DNA from: Candidatus Saccharimonadota bacterium
GTDB taxonomy: Bacteria > Patescibacteriota > Saccharimonadia > Saccharimonadales > Saccharimonadaceae
DNA length: 64,000 nt
NCBI GenBank assembly: GCA_030445245.1
Contig: JAUCSD010000001.1
Span: forward strand, 500,671 to 564,670
Direction of reading: 5' to 3'
This document shows positions 55,492-63,619 of the stretch, one piece after another; within the stretch, counting starts at the first letter, position 1, and each line of letters begins with the position of its first letter. A program made the translations under genes and the position numbers. A model generated the notes under the pieces. It did not search any database. It was not told where the DNA came from and was given only the letters and a program-made list of their open reading frames with translations.

Positions 55492-55733
55492 AGTACCTAT
55501 CCTGAAAAACCTACTGAACGTTATTCAAACGCCGGATCGTCAAGACGCTCATATAAAATTCATAGCATGTAATAGCGCGGCAATGTAGATGGCTGGGGAA
55601 AAGGAACTTGCTCCAACATCTGAGCATATCCACTACACTATAAATGGTAGGGTACTCATTTTTGAGCCGAAAGAGATATAAGTCAAACCACGGTAAATGC
55701 TTCACTGAATCTCATCTACGGGAATAAGAGCTG

Positions 55734-55778
55734 AATAAAAGCAACCCCGCCAACCATGCGGTAAGCGGGGGTCTTGCT
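55734..55778 (-). terminator. rho-independent terminator
   Basis: Minus strand AGCAAGACCCCCGC-loop-GCGGGGTTGCT followed by TTTTATT. Confidence 0.6.
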
Positions 55779-55791
55779 GTCGAAAGGTCTG

Positions 55792-56052
55792 TCAGGGATG
55801 TAGGGTGACACTTGTGTCGGCAGGCACCGATACGCCGCACAGTCTGCAACTCGCCCACGCGACTGAGTCTTCGCCGCTGGAATGCCAGCGAATGCGCCAG
55901 GGCAACGATCGAGGAAGCTCGTGAGCTTCATGTTCCCTCTCGGGACATTCCTCGGGAGTGTACTCGTACATAGTCTGCGTCTTGCTGCCCAAGGAAAGCA
56001 GAGCGACCAGTACAAGTACCGCCATTAAAGCAATTATTGCAACGGCGTTCAT
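55792..56052 (-). CDS. small membrane-anchored protein in a G+C-enriched patch
   Basis: 86-aa ORF with N-terminal TM AVAIIALMAVLVLVALLSL and its own terminator. Confidence 0.4.
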   Translation of the reverse strand: MNAVAIIALMAVLVLVALLSLGSKTQTMYEYTPEECPEREHEAHELPRSLPWRIRWHSSGEDSVAWASCRLCGVSVPADTSVTLHP

Positions 56053-56502
56053 TTCTACCTCTCATCACTTTCGAAATAAGACTTTATATATTATAGCATA
56101 TGATATACGATAAAGCAATATTAGCAACCTGGACCACCCCACACACTTCGTGTCGCTATAGCGCATGAACGATAACAAGTGACGACACGCAGATATAAGT
56201 GAGGATGATTGAAGAGCGCGCACGAGGCGCTTCGGCTACAAACACACGGACTTCTTTTATTGGATGCGAATTAAGGCGAACTACAAAGATGTAGACTATT
56301 TGGATTTTGACAACAACATCGCTGCTGAGGATGCTTTTGTGTATATAAGAGAATATGCGGCAGCACAAGATATGTATGCATTTGCCTTGCAATAAGTTAT
56401 AAATAATCTTAAGAGTTCTAGACGGATGTAAAGGAATCAAAACAATTAGGTTTTTACCTAATCTTCTTTTGCTTTATTGAAGCCACATAGTATGATATAA
56501 CT

Positions 56503-56877
56503 ATGGCTACGGCAAAGAAATCAAAAAAGTCTCTCAAAAAAATTCCAACCTCAGTTCGATCCCAGGCATCAAAAGAAAGTTTGTTGGCTGTTATCGCTTT
56601 TGTTCTTCCATTTTTTGCGTGGCTTATTGCGGCCGTAATTAATCCTTCCGGCTGGGCATCGGACGATCCTTCTACGGTCATTACGGCATTCGCACTCGTT
56701 GTCATTGGTTGGTGGCCGATCGCACTGTTCGCCTGCTTGATTATTGTTATCTATTTCGTAAGAGACAAGCCATCAGTAAGGCATACTACGGTGCTATTAT
56801 TAACGATTAGTGTCATTTATTCAGCATACATCTACCAGTTGACGGTGACCGCAGACGAGTCAGAATTTACTGGATAG
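56503..56877 (+). CDS. hypothetical membrane protein (3 TM)
   Basis: 124-aa ORF, 3 nt upstream of the UbiA-like gene. Confidence 0.5.
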   Translation: MATAKKSKKSLKKIPTSVRSQASKESLLAVIAFVLPFFAWLIAAVINPSGWASDDPSTVITAFALVVIGWWPIALFACLIIVIYFVRDKPSVRHTTVLLLTISVIYSAYIYQLTVTADESEFTG

Positions 56878-56880
56878 GAG

Positions 56881-57738
56881 ATGCAACAAAGTACGGTTCA
56901 CTCGCTTGCTAGGTCGCTTCGCTTATCGTCTACTTTTCTACCTTGGATAGTATGTTGCTCTGTTCTGTTCGCCTATCATGTGAGTAGCTCATATCTGTAT
57001 GTATTGGCATCGTTGCTGCTTGCAATAAGTTATGGCTTCGTAACGATTCATAACGATCTTTCCGACAGAGAGATCGACATTAAGAATCAAAGAAGAGATA
57101 TACCTCTCGCCAATAATCAAGTTTCACGCAAAAATCTACAAGACCTTCTAGCCGGACTTCTTGTAATGGGCTATATTATTGGTGTATTCCTAGGCGCCAC
57201 TACACTGCTTTGGCTAAGTATGTACTTCTTTCTTGGTTGGCTATATTCGGGACCACTAAACTTCAAAAGTCGAGGAAGACTTGCAGTGAGTATCCTTGGT
57301 ATCTGCTATGGGGTGATGCCATGGCTACTTGGTTATTCAATAATAAATCAAGCTCCTAGTCTCTGGTCTTATGAAATAATGGTTGCATCCTTCATCTTTG
57401 CAGCCGGTATTATTTCTTTAAAAGATTTTAAAGATATTAAGGGTGATACTCTTTTTGGCAAGAGAACCTTACTCGTTACATACGGCCCTAAGGTAACACA
57501 CAGGATTATTATTATTCTAACAAGTGTTAGTTATTTACTAATAGCACTTGCTACATACACTACCACGCAAATAATAATCTTTGTTTACATAACTATTGCG
57601 ATGTTATTTCTTAACTTCATACTACTATCTTCCGATGGGATTAAATCTGAATCACGCATCCGTAAACGAAATGGTAGCATATCTCGTACGGTCTTCTTTT
57701 TGTATGCTGCGACGCTAAGTATTATGAATGTCGTTTAG
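56881..57738 (+). CDS. UbiA-family prenyltransferase
   Basis: First Asp-rich motif HNDLSDREID and second motif DFKDIKGD. About 8 TM. Confidence 0.75.
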   Translation: MQQSTVHSLARSLRLSSTFLPWIVCCSVLFAYHVSSSYLYVLASLLLAISYGFVTIHNDLSDREIDIKNQRRDIPLANNQVSRKNLQDLLAGLLVMGYIIGVFLGATTLLWLSMYFFLGWLYSGPLNFKSRGRLAVSILGICYGVMPWLLGYSIINQAPSLWSYEIMVASFIFAAGIISLKDFKDIKGDTLFGKRTLLVTYGPKVTHRIIIILTSVSYLLIALATYTTTQIIIFVYITIAMLFLNFILLSSDGIKSESRIRKRNGSISRTVFFLYAATLSIMNVV

Positions 57739-57978
57739 CCCTGACCTTAGTCATTGCGCCACGTTCGATATCCTATACATCCCATCCTGGGGGCACTAAT
57801 GAGGTTTTGATTTTCCAGATTTAGCGAAATTTACTCAAAAATACCTGATGTCTCAATGACCACGTTCCCATCTGTAAATTAGTCACTAGACGTAATTAGG
57901 AGAGAAGGTATTCGAACTTTTCCAAACTTTTTTATTCATTTTTCGTCATATTTTCGGAATTTTTAAGCCAAAATATAC

Positions 57979-58005
57979 AAAATACGCCCGGAATGGGCGT
58001 ATTTT
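57979..58005. terminator. bidirectional rho-independent terminator
   Basis: AAAATACGCCC-GGAAT-GGGCGTATTTT. Confidence 0.7.
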
Positions 58006-58106
58006 GTTAAGAAATGATTACTTGGCTGACCTAGTGTCCCGAAATTGGAACACTATACATCTGAGTTTAGTAATGACATACAACAAACTTTGTGAGCTTG
58101 GTTTGC

Positions 58107-58280
58107 TTACCGACTTAGAAGATGAGCTTCCTCTCTAGTTTCTTTTGCACATTCCATCATTCTAAGGAGAATGTCTGCCATATCTGGATCTTCTGCCATT
58201 TTCATAATGAGTTTTGTGAATTTCTCATAATTACCATTCTGTACATGCAGATCTTCGAGGTTTATGCTTTCACTATCCAT
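58107..58280 (-). CDS. 57-aa acidic helical protein (below ORF-track cutoff), last gene of the zeta-like operon
   Basis: MDSESINLEDLHVQNGNYEKFTKLIMKMAEDPDMADILLRMMECAKETREEAHLLSR, 6 nt after the previous ORF. The + strand ORFs listed here are taken as shadows. Confidence 0.4.
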   Translation of the reverse strand: MDSESINLEDLHVQNGNYEKFTKLIMKMAEDPDMADILLRMMECAKETREEAHLLSR

Positions 58281-58286
58281 AGTCTA

Positions 58287-58451
58287 TTACTTTGCAGATC
58301 GTACAAGATTCTTTTGGTCAGCGTTTGCTTCTTGTGCTGCTTGTCGGAGTAGTTTAACGACTGTTTGGCGGTTCTCATCAGAAACGACACGAGAGTACAC
58401 TCGTGGAACGTTTTTGTTTGGTCGTAGGCTTAAAAATAACTTTTTTATCAT
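58287..58451 (-). CDS. 54-aa basic protein (below ORF-track cutoff), translationally coupled to the zeta-like gene
   Basis: MIKKLFLSLRPNKNVPRVYSRVVSDENRQTVVKLLRQAAQEANADQKNLVRSAK. Its ATG overlaps the zeta-like stop (ATGA at 58448-58451). Confidence 0.45.
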   Translation of the reverse strand: MIKKLFLSLRPNKNVPRVYSRVVSDENRQTVVKLLRQAAQEANADQKNLVRSAK

Positions 58452-59149
58452 AGGATAATCTCCCCTAGTTGCTCTCTATTATATACTTTTGGCAGGTATT
58501 GGTCAATATCATTAACGTCGTCATAGATAGTCTCCGTTCCATTTACGTAATCCTTAATAATTAGAAAAAGAGTAAGTTTGTCGCCGAATAACTCTTTAGC
58601 TTTCAGCACATTTTCTCTTGCAGCAAAGTACGAATTAATAAAGATTTCCTTCGGAACATATCTTCCTTCTGTTTTTTGTCGAATCTTTGTGAACTCCCAC
58701 GCTTGCACGGGATCTTGATAGACAAAGAAGATCTGTAAGCTATAGTCACGCCGATCCGCACGCTTAAGATTTTCTACGGCTTTGCCTATTGCAAACGTAC
58801 CGTCCAACATAAAAGAATATTTCTTATCAAATATTTTCTCAAGTATCTTATCAACTGCAAGCGCTGCAGCTGGCTGAATAATGTGTGAATTAGCGCCACT
58901 GTAACCCGGTATTTTTTGGCGAAAATCATCAGCGTCGATTCGAATTGGCGTAGCAGTGAACTTCTCCAAAAAGCGCTTGGAAACTTCCGTCTTTCCGGCG
59001 CCAGGCGTACCGGCCATAAAGGATGCGGCTGGAGGGTATTCATCCGTTTCGGGCTGGTAGTTACTTTCAACAATAACTTCGTCGAAAAGTCGAGTCTTAT
59101 TATCTCGTACCCATTGCAAAGCTTGCTTGCGAAGAGAATCATCATCCAT
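58448..59149 (-). CDS. zeta-toxin-family P-loop kinase
   Basis: Walker A GTPGAGKTE, IRIDADDFRQ and MLDGTF blocks as in zeta/PezT. Confidence 0.7.
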   Translation of the reverse strand: MDDDSLRKQALQWVRDNKTRLFDEVIVESNYQPETDEYPPAASFMAGTPGAGKTEVSKRFLEKFTATPIRIDADDFRQKIPGYSGANSHIIQPAAALAVDKILEKIFDKKYSFMLDGTFAIGKAVENLKRADRRDYSLQIFFVYQDPVQAWEFTKIRQKTEGRYVPKEIFINSYFAARENVLKAKELFGDKLTLFLIIKDYVNGTETIYDDVNDIDQYLPKVYNREQLGEIIL

Positions 59150-59208
59150 ATATACTCAGTATACTATGCCAGGGTTACTCCTATTTAAAAATAAATTACT
59201 GTTATTAT

Positions 59209-59424
59209 TCAAGGCTTTTCTGGTGAAGGCACAATAAGTACAGCTACGCCATTGGAATATGCAAACCAGAGAACTTTGTAAAGTAATTCGGGCTCTCCAG
59301 CAAAAGCATCTAACATCATCATGAGGTAATCGGCTTTGTTGCGCTTTACTTCTTCTATCGCTTTCACGACATCTGGGAGCCTATCAAGTATCTCTTTTTC
59401 AGTATCTTCGTCAATTAATCTCAT
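59209..59424 (-). CDS. 71-aa acidic protein upstream of the zeta-like gene (candidate antitoxin)
   Basis: ORF 59 nt upstream on the same strand. No family recognised. Confidence 0.4.
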   Translation of the reverse strand: MRLIDEDTEKEILDRLPDVVKAIEEVKRNKADYLMMMLDAFAGEPELLYKVLWFAYSNGVAVLIVPSPEKP

Positions 59425-59484
59425 ATGAATAAGTATAGCAAATTCAGCCTAGTGGATTCGAACCCCATTTATAGAGGCAGCAAA

Positions 59485-59527
59485 ATACAAAAGTGTTCCA
59501 GGAATAAATTCTGGAACACTTTTGTAT
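59485..59527. other. 17-bp perfect hairpin in a divergent intergenic region
   Basis: ATACAAAAGTGTTCCAG-9 nt-CTGGAACACTTTTGTAT. Confidence 0.6.
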
Positions 59528-59674
59528 CTGTAATAATCTCATGGCTGGGTATGAGTCTCTCAACTGGCACCCCTTTCTGTCAGATTTCATCCTCGTTGGA
59601 CAGAGGTTAGAACAACTTGGGTTTACTTATTACAGGAGCAAAGTAACTGTCATCAGCCCTTTGGAGGTGCAGTA

Positions 59675-60151
59675 ATGTTTGGCTTCGGAAACTCACGAGT
59701 TGATAGCGAGTTGTCACTTTCGAGCCTTCTCGATCAAAACAGCTTTTACAATGCCTTTACGAATGATCTAGCAAAAGCGAGGCATGAAGTTATCATTGAG
59801 TCCCCCTTCATCTCATACAAACGCTTAAACTATTTATTGCCAATACTCCATCAGCTCATTCAGCGTAAAGTGCGGATCATTATTAATACTAAACCTCCTG
59901 AGGAACAAGACTTTGACTATAGATTACAGATAGAAGAATGTATTTCAGTTCTACTAGAGATGGGAGTTGAGATGCTTATTACCGGCGGGCATCACCGAAA
60001 ACTGGCTATTATTGATCAACAGATGCTCTACGAAGGATCGCTCAACATCCTCTCGCAAAACGATAGTTGCGAGATTATGCGTCGCATACACTCTGAAAAG
60101 CTTGCGATGGAGATGATTGACTTCATTGGTATCAGGAGATTTGCAAAATGA
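59675..60151 (+). CDS. single-HKD phospholipase D-family nuclease-like protein (Nuc-like)
   Basis: HRKLAIIDQQMLYEGSLN matches HxKx4Dx6GSxN. At 158 aa it is the size of dimeric Nuc-type enzymes. GGAGG RBS upstream. Confidence 0.75.
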   Translation: MFGFGNSRVDSELSLSSLLDQNSFYNAFTNDLAKARHEVIIESPFISYKRLNYLLPILHQLIQRKVRIIINTKPPEEQDFDYRLQIEECISVLLEMGVEMLITGGHHRKLAIIDQQMLYEGSLNILSQNDSCEIMRRIHSEKLAMEMIDFIGIRRFAK

Positions 60152-60217
60152 TAGTATTACGTAAAATTGTACTCTAACTATGTGGATTACCTACGGATTA
60201 GCGGCTAAGCTCGTACT

Positions 60218-60460
60218 ATGGATGACACGGTAAAGTTTTTAAGAAGATTTGGCAGCGAGATTCATATCATGCGCAAGGATCGAGGTCTAACCCAGAAAGA
60301 GTTTGCCAAGGTTACAGGAATCTCCCCTAGCTACATTGCTTCCATCGAGTCAGGAAGGCGGTGGCCTCATATCAATATTCTGTACGCCATCGCAAATAAT
60401 CTAGAGACTACACCTCATGAACTAATAAAAATAGCATTGAAGGAGCCAACTTATGAGTAA
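60218..60460 (+). CDS. XRE-family HTH transcriptional regulator
   Basis: RKDRGLTQKEFAKVTGISPSYIASIESGRR. Confidence 0.75.
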   Translation: MDDTVKFLRRFGSEIHIMRKDRGLTQKEFAKVTGISPSYIASIESGRRWPHINILYAIANNLETTPHELIKIALKEPTYE

Positions 60461-60665
60461 ATCAGATATGCCAGTGCCGCCCGCTTTAGACAAAATTCTT
60501 AATGAGCTTCAATCAAAAGCCACTGAAGCAGGGTACCATCCACGTATCGTTCTCAATATGCGCTATCATCCAGAGATGCTAGACATAATGGCAAGGATGA
60601 TCAGCGCAGAACTTGAGCATATCAAGAAAGAGCGGAAGGATGAGAATTTGCAGAAGCAACAATGA
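60453..60665 (+). CDS. hypothetical 70-aa protein overlapping the XRE gene by 8 nt
   Basis: ORF with a GGAG RBS inside the upstream gene end. No family recognised. Confidence 0.45.
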   Translation: MSKSDMPVPPALDKILNELQSKATEAGYHPRIVLNMRYHPEMLDIMARMISAELEHIKKERKDENLQKQQ

Positions 60666-60717
60666 TCAGTTTCACGGGTATCAGTAAGTTTATAGGATGA
60701 TATAGTAAGGAGTAGTT

Positions 60718-60915
60718 ATGAATGAGCCAGAATACAAAATTACTGAAGACGATATATTAGCGATGCTAGAGTATTTACGCCATACCGCGCCGGAGCACGC
60801 CACACCAGAGAAGGCGATCTTTTTACTTGAGCAACGACACGCCCACTATAAAAACCTCGAAGATCTTCATCCCGAACTTATCGAAGAGATACTGAAGGAT
60901 CTTGAGACGAACTAG
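60718..60915 (+). CDS. hypothetical 65-aa acidic protein
   Basis: ORF with an AAGGAG RBS. Confidence 0.45.
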   Translation: MNEPEYKITEDDILAMLEYLRHTAPEHATPEKAIFLLEQRHAHYKNLEDLHPELIEEILKDLETN

Positions 60916-60932
60916 CAGCGCTAGTTAACAGT

Positions 60933-61166
60933 TTACTGCAAGCCTTTGAAAAGCTCGTCGGTCGAGACGCCAAGTCCTTTGGCGAGTTTATGGAGTGTTG
61001 TTAAGCGCGCCCATCGTCTTCCCTGCTCTATCGCGCCAACCGTATCAATCGACAGCCCTGTTTTGTCTGCTAATTGATCTTGCGTTAAGCCGCGTTTTTG
61101 GCGTATAGTAGCAACCTTCTTGCCGAAGGCTATCAAGTTTTTATCTTCTTGGCTTGGTCTGCTCAT
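60933..61166 (-). CDS. XRE-family HTH transcriptional regulator
   Basis: Start set at ATG 61166 (MSRPSQ...) behind AAGGTA. RQKRGLTQDQLADKTGLSIDTVGAIEQGRR. Confidence 0.75.
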   Translation of the reverse strand: MSRPSQEDKNLIAFGKKVATIRQKRGLTQDQLADKTGLSIDTVGAIEQGRRWARLTTLHKLAKGLGVSTDELFKGLQ

Positions 61167-61174
61167 TACCTTTA

Positions 61175-61298
61175 GAGTACGCAATCCGTACTCCTAGTAA
61201 CAGGGACTACTAGTACGAGTTTGCAATATAGTGTACACTCAATACAGATGAAAACTTTACTACTAGTACGACCTATAAGATTATTTATTTTCTTATAG
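61175..61298. promoter_or_regulatory. operator-like repeats in the divergent XRE / 61344 intergenic region
   Basis: Inverted GAGTACG-CAATC-CGTACTC (61175-61193). Direct 13-mers ACTACTAGTACGA at 61206-61218 and 61259-61271. Inverted CTATAAGA/TCTTATAG (61273-61298). Confidence 0.45.
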
Positions 61299-61343
61299 AT
61301 GGGCTAGCAACAAAATGTTTGTATTGAAGAAAGGTAGACATTC

Positions 61344-61643
61344 ATGAGAGCGAGCGTACCAAAGAGAACCGCCGAGACCAGATTGGTTAAAAGATATCAC
61401 AAACTATACGTTCCTTTAGTGGAGCTGGTCCAAACCCTACAGGATCTTGAGCCAGGAACTATGCTGATTGATAGTGCCGAATTTACTAAAACAGATAAAA
61501 ATATTCGGGTCGAATACAAAGTTAGGCCAGTCCGATTGATGATCGACACAGACGATCAAAGACTTATGCTACAAATCGAAGAATTCAGTAAAGATGCCCG
61601 AAGCGTGACTTCACCTGCAAGGAAGGATACATATGTTGCTTAA
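61344..61643 (+). CDS. hypothetical 99-aa protein
   Basis: ORF with an AGAAAGG RBS. No family recognised. Confidence 0.45.
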   Translation: MRASVPKRTAETRLVKRYHKLYVPLVELVQTLQDLEPGTMLIDSAEFTKTDKNIRVEYKVRPVRLMIDTDDQRLMLQIEEFSKDARSVTSPARKDTYVA

Positions 61644-61974
61644 TATATCAGAGGCAAAAATACCAATCGTCATTGTTCCACGCAATGAACTTGACGCGTC
61701 ACATCTTCTTTTTCGGCACGGATCTCATCATACGAGCAAGCCCGTAGGTGAAGTAGAAATCAAACCTTGTGATCAAGTTCATGTGTCCTTAGGCAATTTT
61801 GATAAAACCAATATGCCTAAGGGCTATTCTGTTCAAATAACTCCTCGCCTTGAGCCTGACGCAATCGTTACGCAGATAACGAGTTTGGAAACGGATGAAG
61901 AGTGTGAGTTGGTGTTGCACGTTGCGAATTATGGTGATAAAACTGTTAGTGCTGAGGTATGGCAGAGATGGTAG
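61633..61974 (+). CDS. hypothetical 113-aa beta-rich protein (overlaps the upstream ORF by 11 nt)
   Basis: GGAAGGA RBS within the upstream gene. Weak resemblance to dUTPase-like beta-barrels; not asserted. Confidence 0.4.
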   Translation: MLLNISEAKIPIVIVPRNELDASHLLFRHGSHHTSKPVGEVEIKPCDQVHVSLGNFDKTNMPKGYSVQITPRLEPDAIVTQITSLETDEECELVLHVANYGDKTVSAEVWQRW

Positions 61975-62081
61975 GACTACTAGGAAAACTTTAGAGTTAT
62001 GGTTTAAGGATGTTACGGCTTTGACGATAACTCTATATTGAGATCAAGTACGCTCGTAGTAATGACAGGCAGCGAACACCC

Positions 62082-62411
62082 TTAATTGATTGATCCGTGA
62101 GCCCTCTCCCATTCATTGATCGCCTTCGAACGATGCTCGTTATCGGAATACCAATCTATGAATATCTTATCTAGTTTTGAACTTGTGGAGCTAAGTGGTT
62201 TGCCCGTAGTCAAGTCGTACTTGGCTATCTGCTTATCATGAAGAGATATATGAATATGAGGCGGTCGATGATCACTGGTATTGATAACGAGCTTGTACCG
62301 GCTAGTGGCACCAACCATGCCCTTTTGTATAGGCAAGCTCAAAATGAAAGCTGGTAAACTACCACGATTAATCATCTTCTCAAAATCGTCTAAGGCGATG
62401 AGTTTACTCAT
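62082..62411 (-). CDS. DUF4160-domain protein
   Basis: SDHRPPHIHISLHDKQIAKYDLTTGKPL matches the DUF4160 core (dH.PPHfH). Lies 2 nt downstream of LexA-like copy 2. Confidence 0.65.
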   Translation of the reverse strand: MSKLIALDDFEKMINRGSLPAFILSLPIQKGMVGATSRYKLVINTSDHRPPHIHISLHDKQIAKYDLTTGKPLSSTSSKLDKIFIDWYSDNEHRSKAINEWERAHGSIN

Positions 62412-62413
62412 AA

Positions 62414-63061
62414 CTATTGAACCCTTTTAAGAACCTGAAGTGCCACCCCGGCAATGAGGCCTTCTGACTCGTCTTCAGGATGAATAAAGATAGGCTCATA
62501 CTCTTCAGTCGACTCAGACACAAGAGCAATACGAGAAAGATTTCCTTCACTGTCCTGTTCGGGAAGGAATTTCTTAATATTCGCCAAGTTGTTGACGGTG
62601 GCTACAACGTAGTCGCCTTTTTTCGGTTCACGGCCGCTGTCAACAATCACGAAGTCTCCGTCGTCTATATTTTCACCGTAGAGGTGGGCTTGGTTCATTG
62701 ACGTGCCATCGGCTTTGACGGCAAACAAGGAATCAAGACTCCCCGCCCTCTTAAGTAGTCGAGAGGAAACGCTAATCTCCCCTGCTGGCTCGGCTCCGGC
62801 CATGCGAGTTGCAGGTCCGCAGTTGGCAGCGCCGAGGTACGGAATAGTGACAAGATTAGCCTCACCAAGAAGGCTTTCGTCGACTCTTGACGCTCGGAAT
62901 GTCCCGGTTTTTTTGAGTAACCCCCTACTGATCAGCCATTCCTTGTGATATTTAGCTGTCTGCGGATGAACACCTAATTGACGGGCTAGTTGCCGAATGC
63001 CCAATGCACTCACGTCTGTCGTTTTTGCAAGCTCTAATATCTGCTTTCGTGTCTCACTCAT
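62414..63061 (-). CDS. LexA-like repressor (wHTH + S24 peptidase), copy 2
   Basis: 215-aa ORF with the same HTH and the same DGTSM / ANIKKF catalytic contexts as copy 1. Confidence 0.8.
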   Translation of the reverse strand: MSETRKQILELAKTTDVSALGIRQLARQLGVHPQTAKYHKEWLISRGLLKKTGTFRASRVDESLLGEANLVTIPYLGAANCGPATRMAGAEPAGEISVSSRLLKRAGSLDSLFAVKADGTSMNQAHLYGENIDDGDFVIVDSGREPKKGDYVVATVNNLANIKKFLPEQDSEGNLSRIALVSESTEEYEPIFIHPEDESEGLIAGVALQVLKRVQ

Positions 63062-63099
63062 TACCTTTAGTATAAGGTGTCAAGAAGATTTATGCAAGT

Positions 63100-63140
63100 G
63101 TCAACAAATCGTTGACGGATGATTTTAAGGCTGTTATATT
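63100..63140 (+). promoter_or_regulatory. divergent promoter/operator: inverted GTCAAC-N5-GTTGAC overlapping a TTGACG-17-TATATT promoter
   Basis: GTCAACAAATCGTTGAC at 63100-63116. -35 TTGACG 63112-17, -10 TATATT 63135-40. A GTGTCAA half-site also lies at 63078-84. Confidence 0.5.
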
Positions 63141-63218
63141 AGGATCAGTTGCTAGTGAGTGTGAGAGCGCACCAACGACAAGCAGTAAAAATCTCAATAA
63201 GAGAGGGAGAACACGAAG

Positions 63219-63359
63219 ATGGTTGCATCAAAAAAACCGGCACCAAAGTATCGCAACGCAGAAGACGGCAAGTATGTACCTCCGTCGTACGCAAAAACCC
63301 ATCCAAAAACAACCGTAAAAGAGACGGGGCCACATCCTAAGAAAGTGAAGAAGTCATGA
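63219..63359 (+). CDS. 46-aa Lys-rich microprotein (below ORF-track cutoff)
   Basis: MVASKKPAPKYRNAEDGKYVPPSYAKTHPKTTVKETGPHPKKVKKS, with a GAGAGGGAG RBS. Its stop overlaps the next start (ATGA). The pattern (..G.YV....AK.HP.TTVKE) recalls a widespread small-protein family (from memory). Confidence 0.5.
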   Translation: MVASKKPAPKYRNAEDGKYVPPSYAKTHPKTTVKETGPHPKKVKKS

Positions 63360-63619
63360 ATGAGTATCGTGTTGACTACTATATCAAACCACTAAACGCT
63401 ACCCGGATCACTAAACTAGGTGGTGCCTGGGGCGAAAAAACTGAGCAAACGATTATGGACGAGATCTCCAGTATGAAGAGTCACTACTATGTAGAAAGTG
63501 ACGCTAGCGTCGCTTGGCTCGAGATTGAACGCAGTGCGCTCGGACACCCCTACCTGAAAACCGTCCCAGACAATACACGTCTTGATAATCTTTCAAGTTT
63601 GCCACGGAGGTATTCGTGA
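63356..63619 (+). CDS. DUF3892-like protein
   Basis: 87-aa ORF. ITKLGG.W....E..I.EI......YYVE......VAWLEIER.....PYLKTVPDNTRLDNLSSLP fits the DUF3892 pattern. Confidence 0.6.
   Translation: MNEYRVDYYIKPLNATRITKLGGAWGEKTEQTIMDEISSMKSHYYVESDASVAWLEIERSALGHPYLKTVPDNTRLDNLSSLPRRYS

Noticed and set aside
56213-56395. Plus-strand open frame ending ...YKDVDYLDFDNNIAAEDAFVYIREYAAAQDMYAFALQ* (possible 43-aa ORF from ATG 56264)
   Set aside because: It looks protein-like but is short, lacks a clear RBS and matches nothing I recognise. It may be a gene remnant, with too little support to call.
56156-56705. Minus-strand ORFs 56156..56440 and 56454..56705
   Set aside because: The first has an implausible sequence without an RBS. 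The second is antisense to the better-supported membrane-protein gene 56503..56877.
58122-58458. Plus-strand ORFs 58122..58352 and 58264..58458
   Set aside because: They are Cys/Phe-rich and implausible. The minus strand carries two short ORFs in an operon-like arrangement with the zeta-like gene (ATGA overlap, 6-nt spacing).
61633-61974. Calling the 113-aa protein a dUTPase
   Set aside because: There is only a vague beta-strand pattern resemblance, and none of the five dUTPase motifs could be identified.
27627-63061. The two LexA-like modules as active recombination repeats of a composite transposon-like 34-kb element
   Set aside because: The DNA copies differ at many third-codon positions (protein 186/215 identical, DNA clearly lower). 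No inverted or terminal repeats or transposase are present. They are diverged paralogs rather than recent repeats.
63112-63340. Track ORFs 63112..63318 (TTG start), 63149..63340 and the minus-strand 63145..63333
   Set aside because: They overlap the promoter and lack an RBS. The third frame (63219..63359) has an RBS, ATGA coupling to the next gene and a recognisable small-protein pattern.
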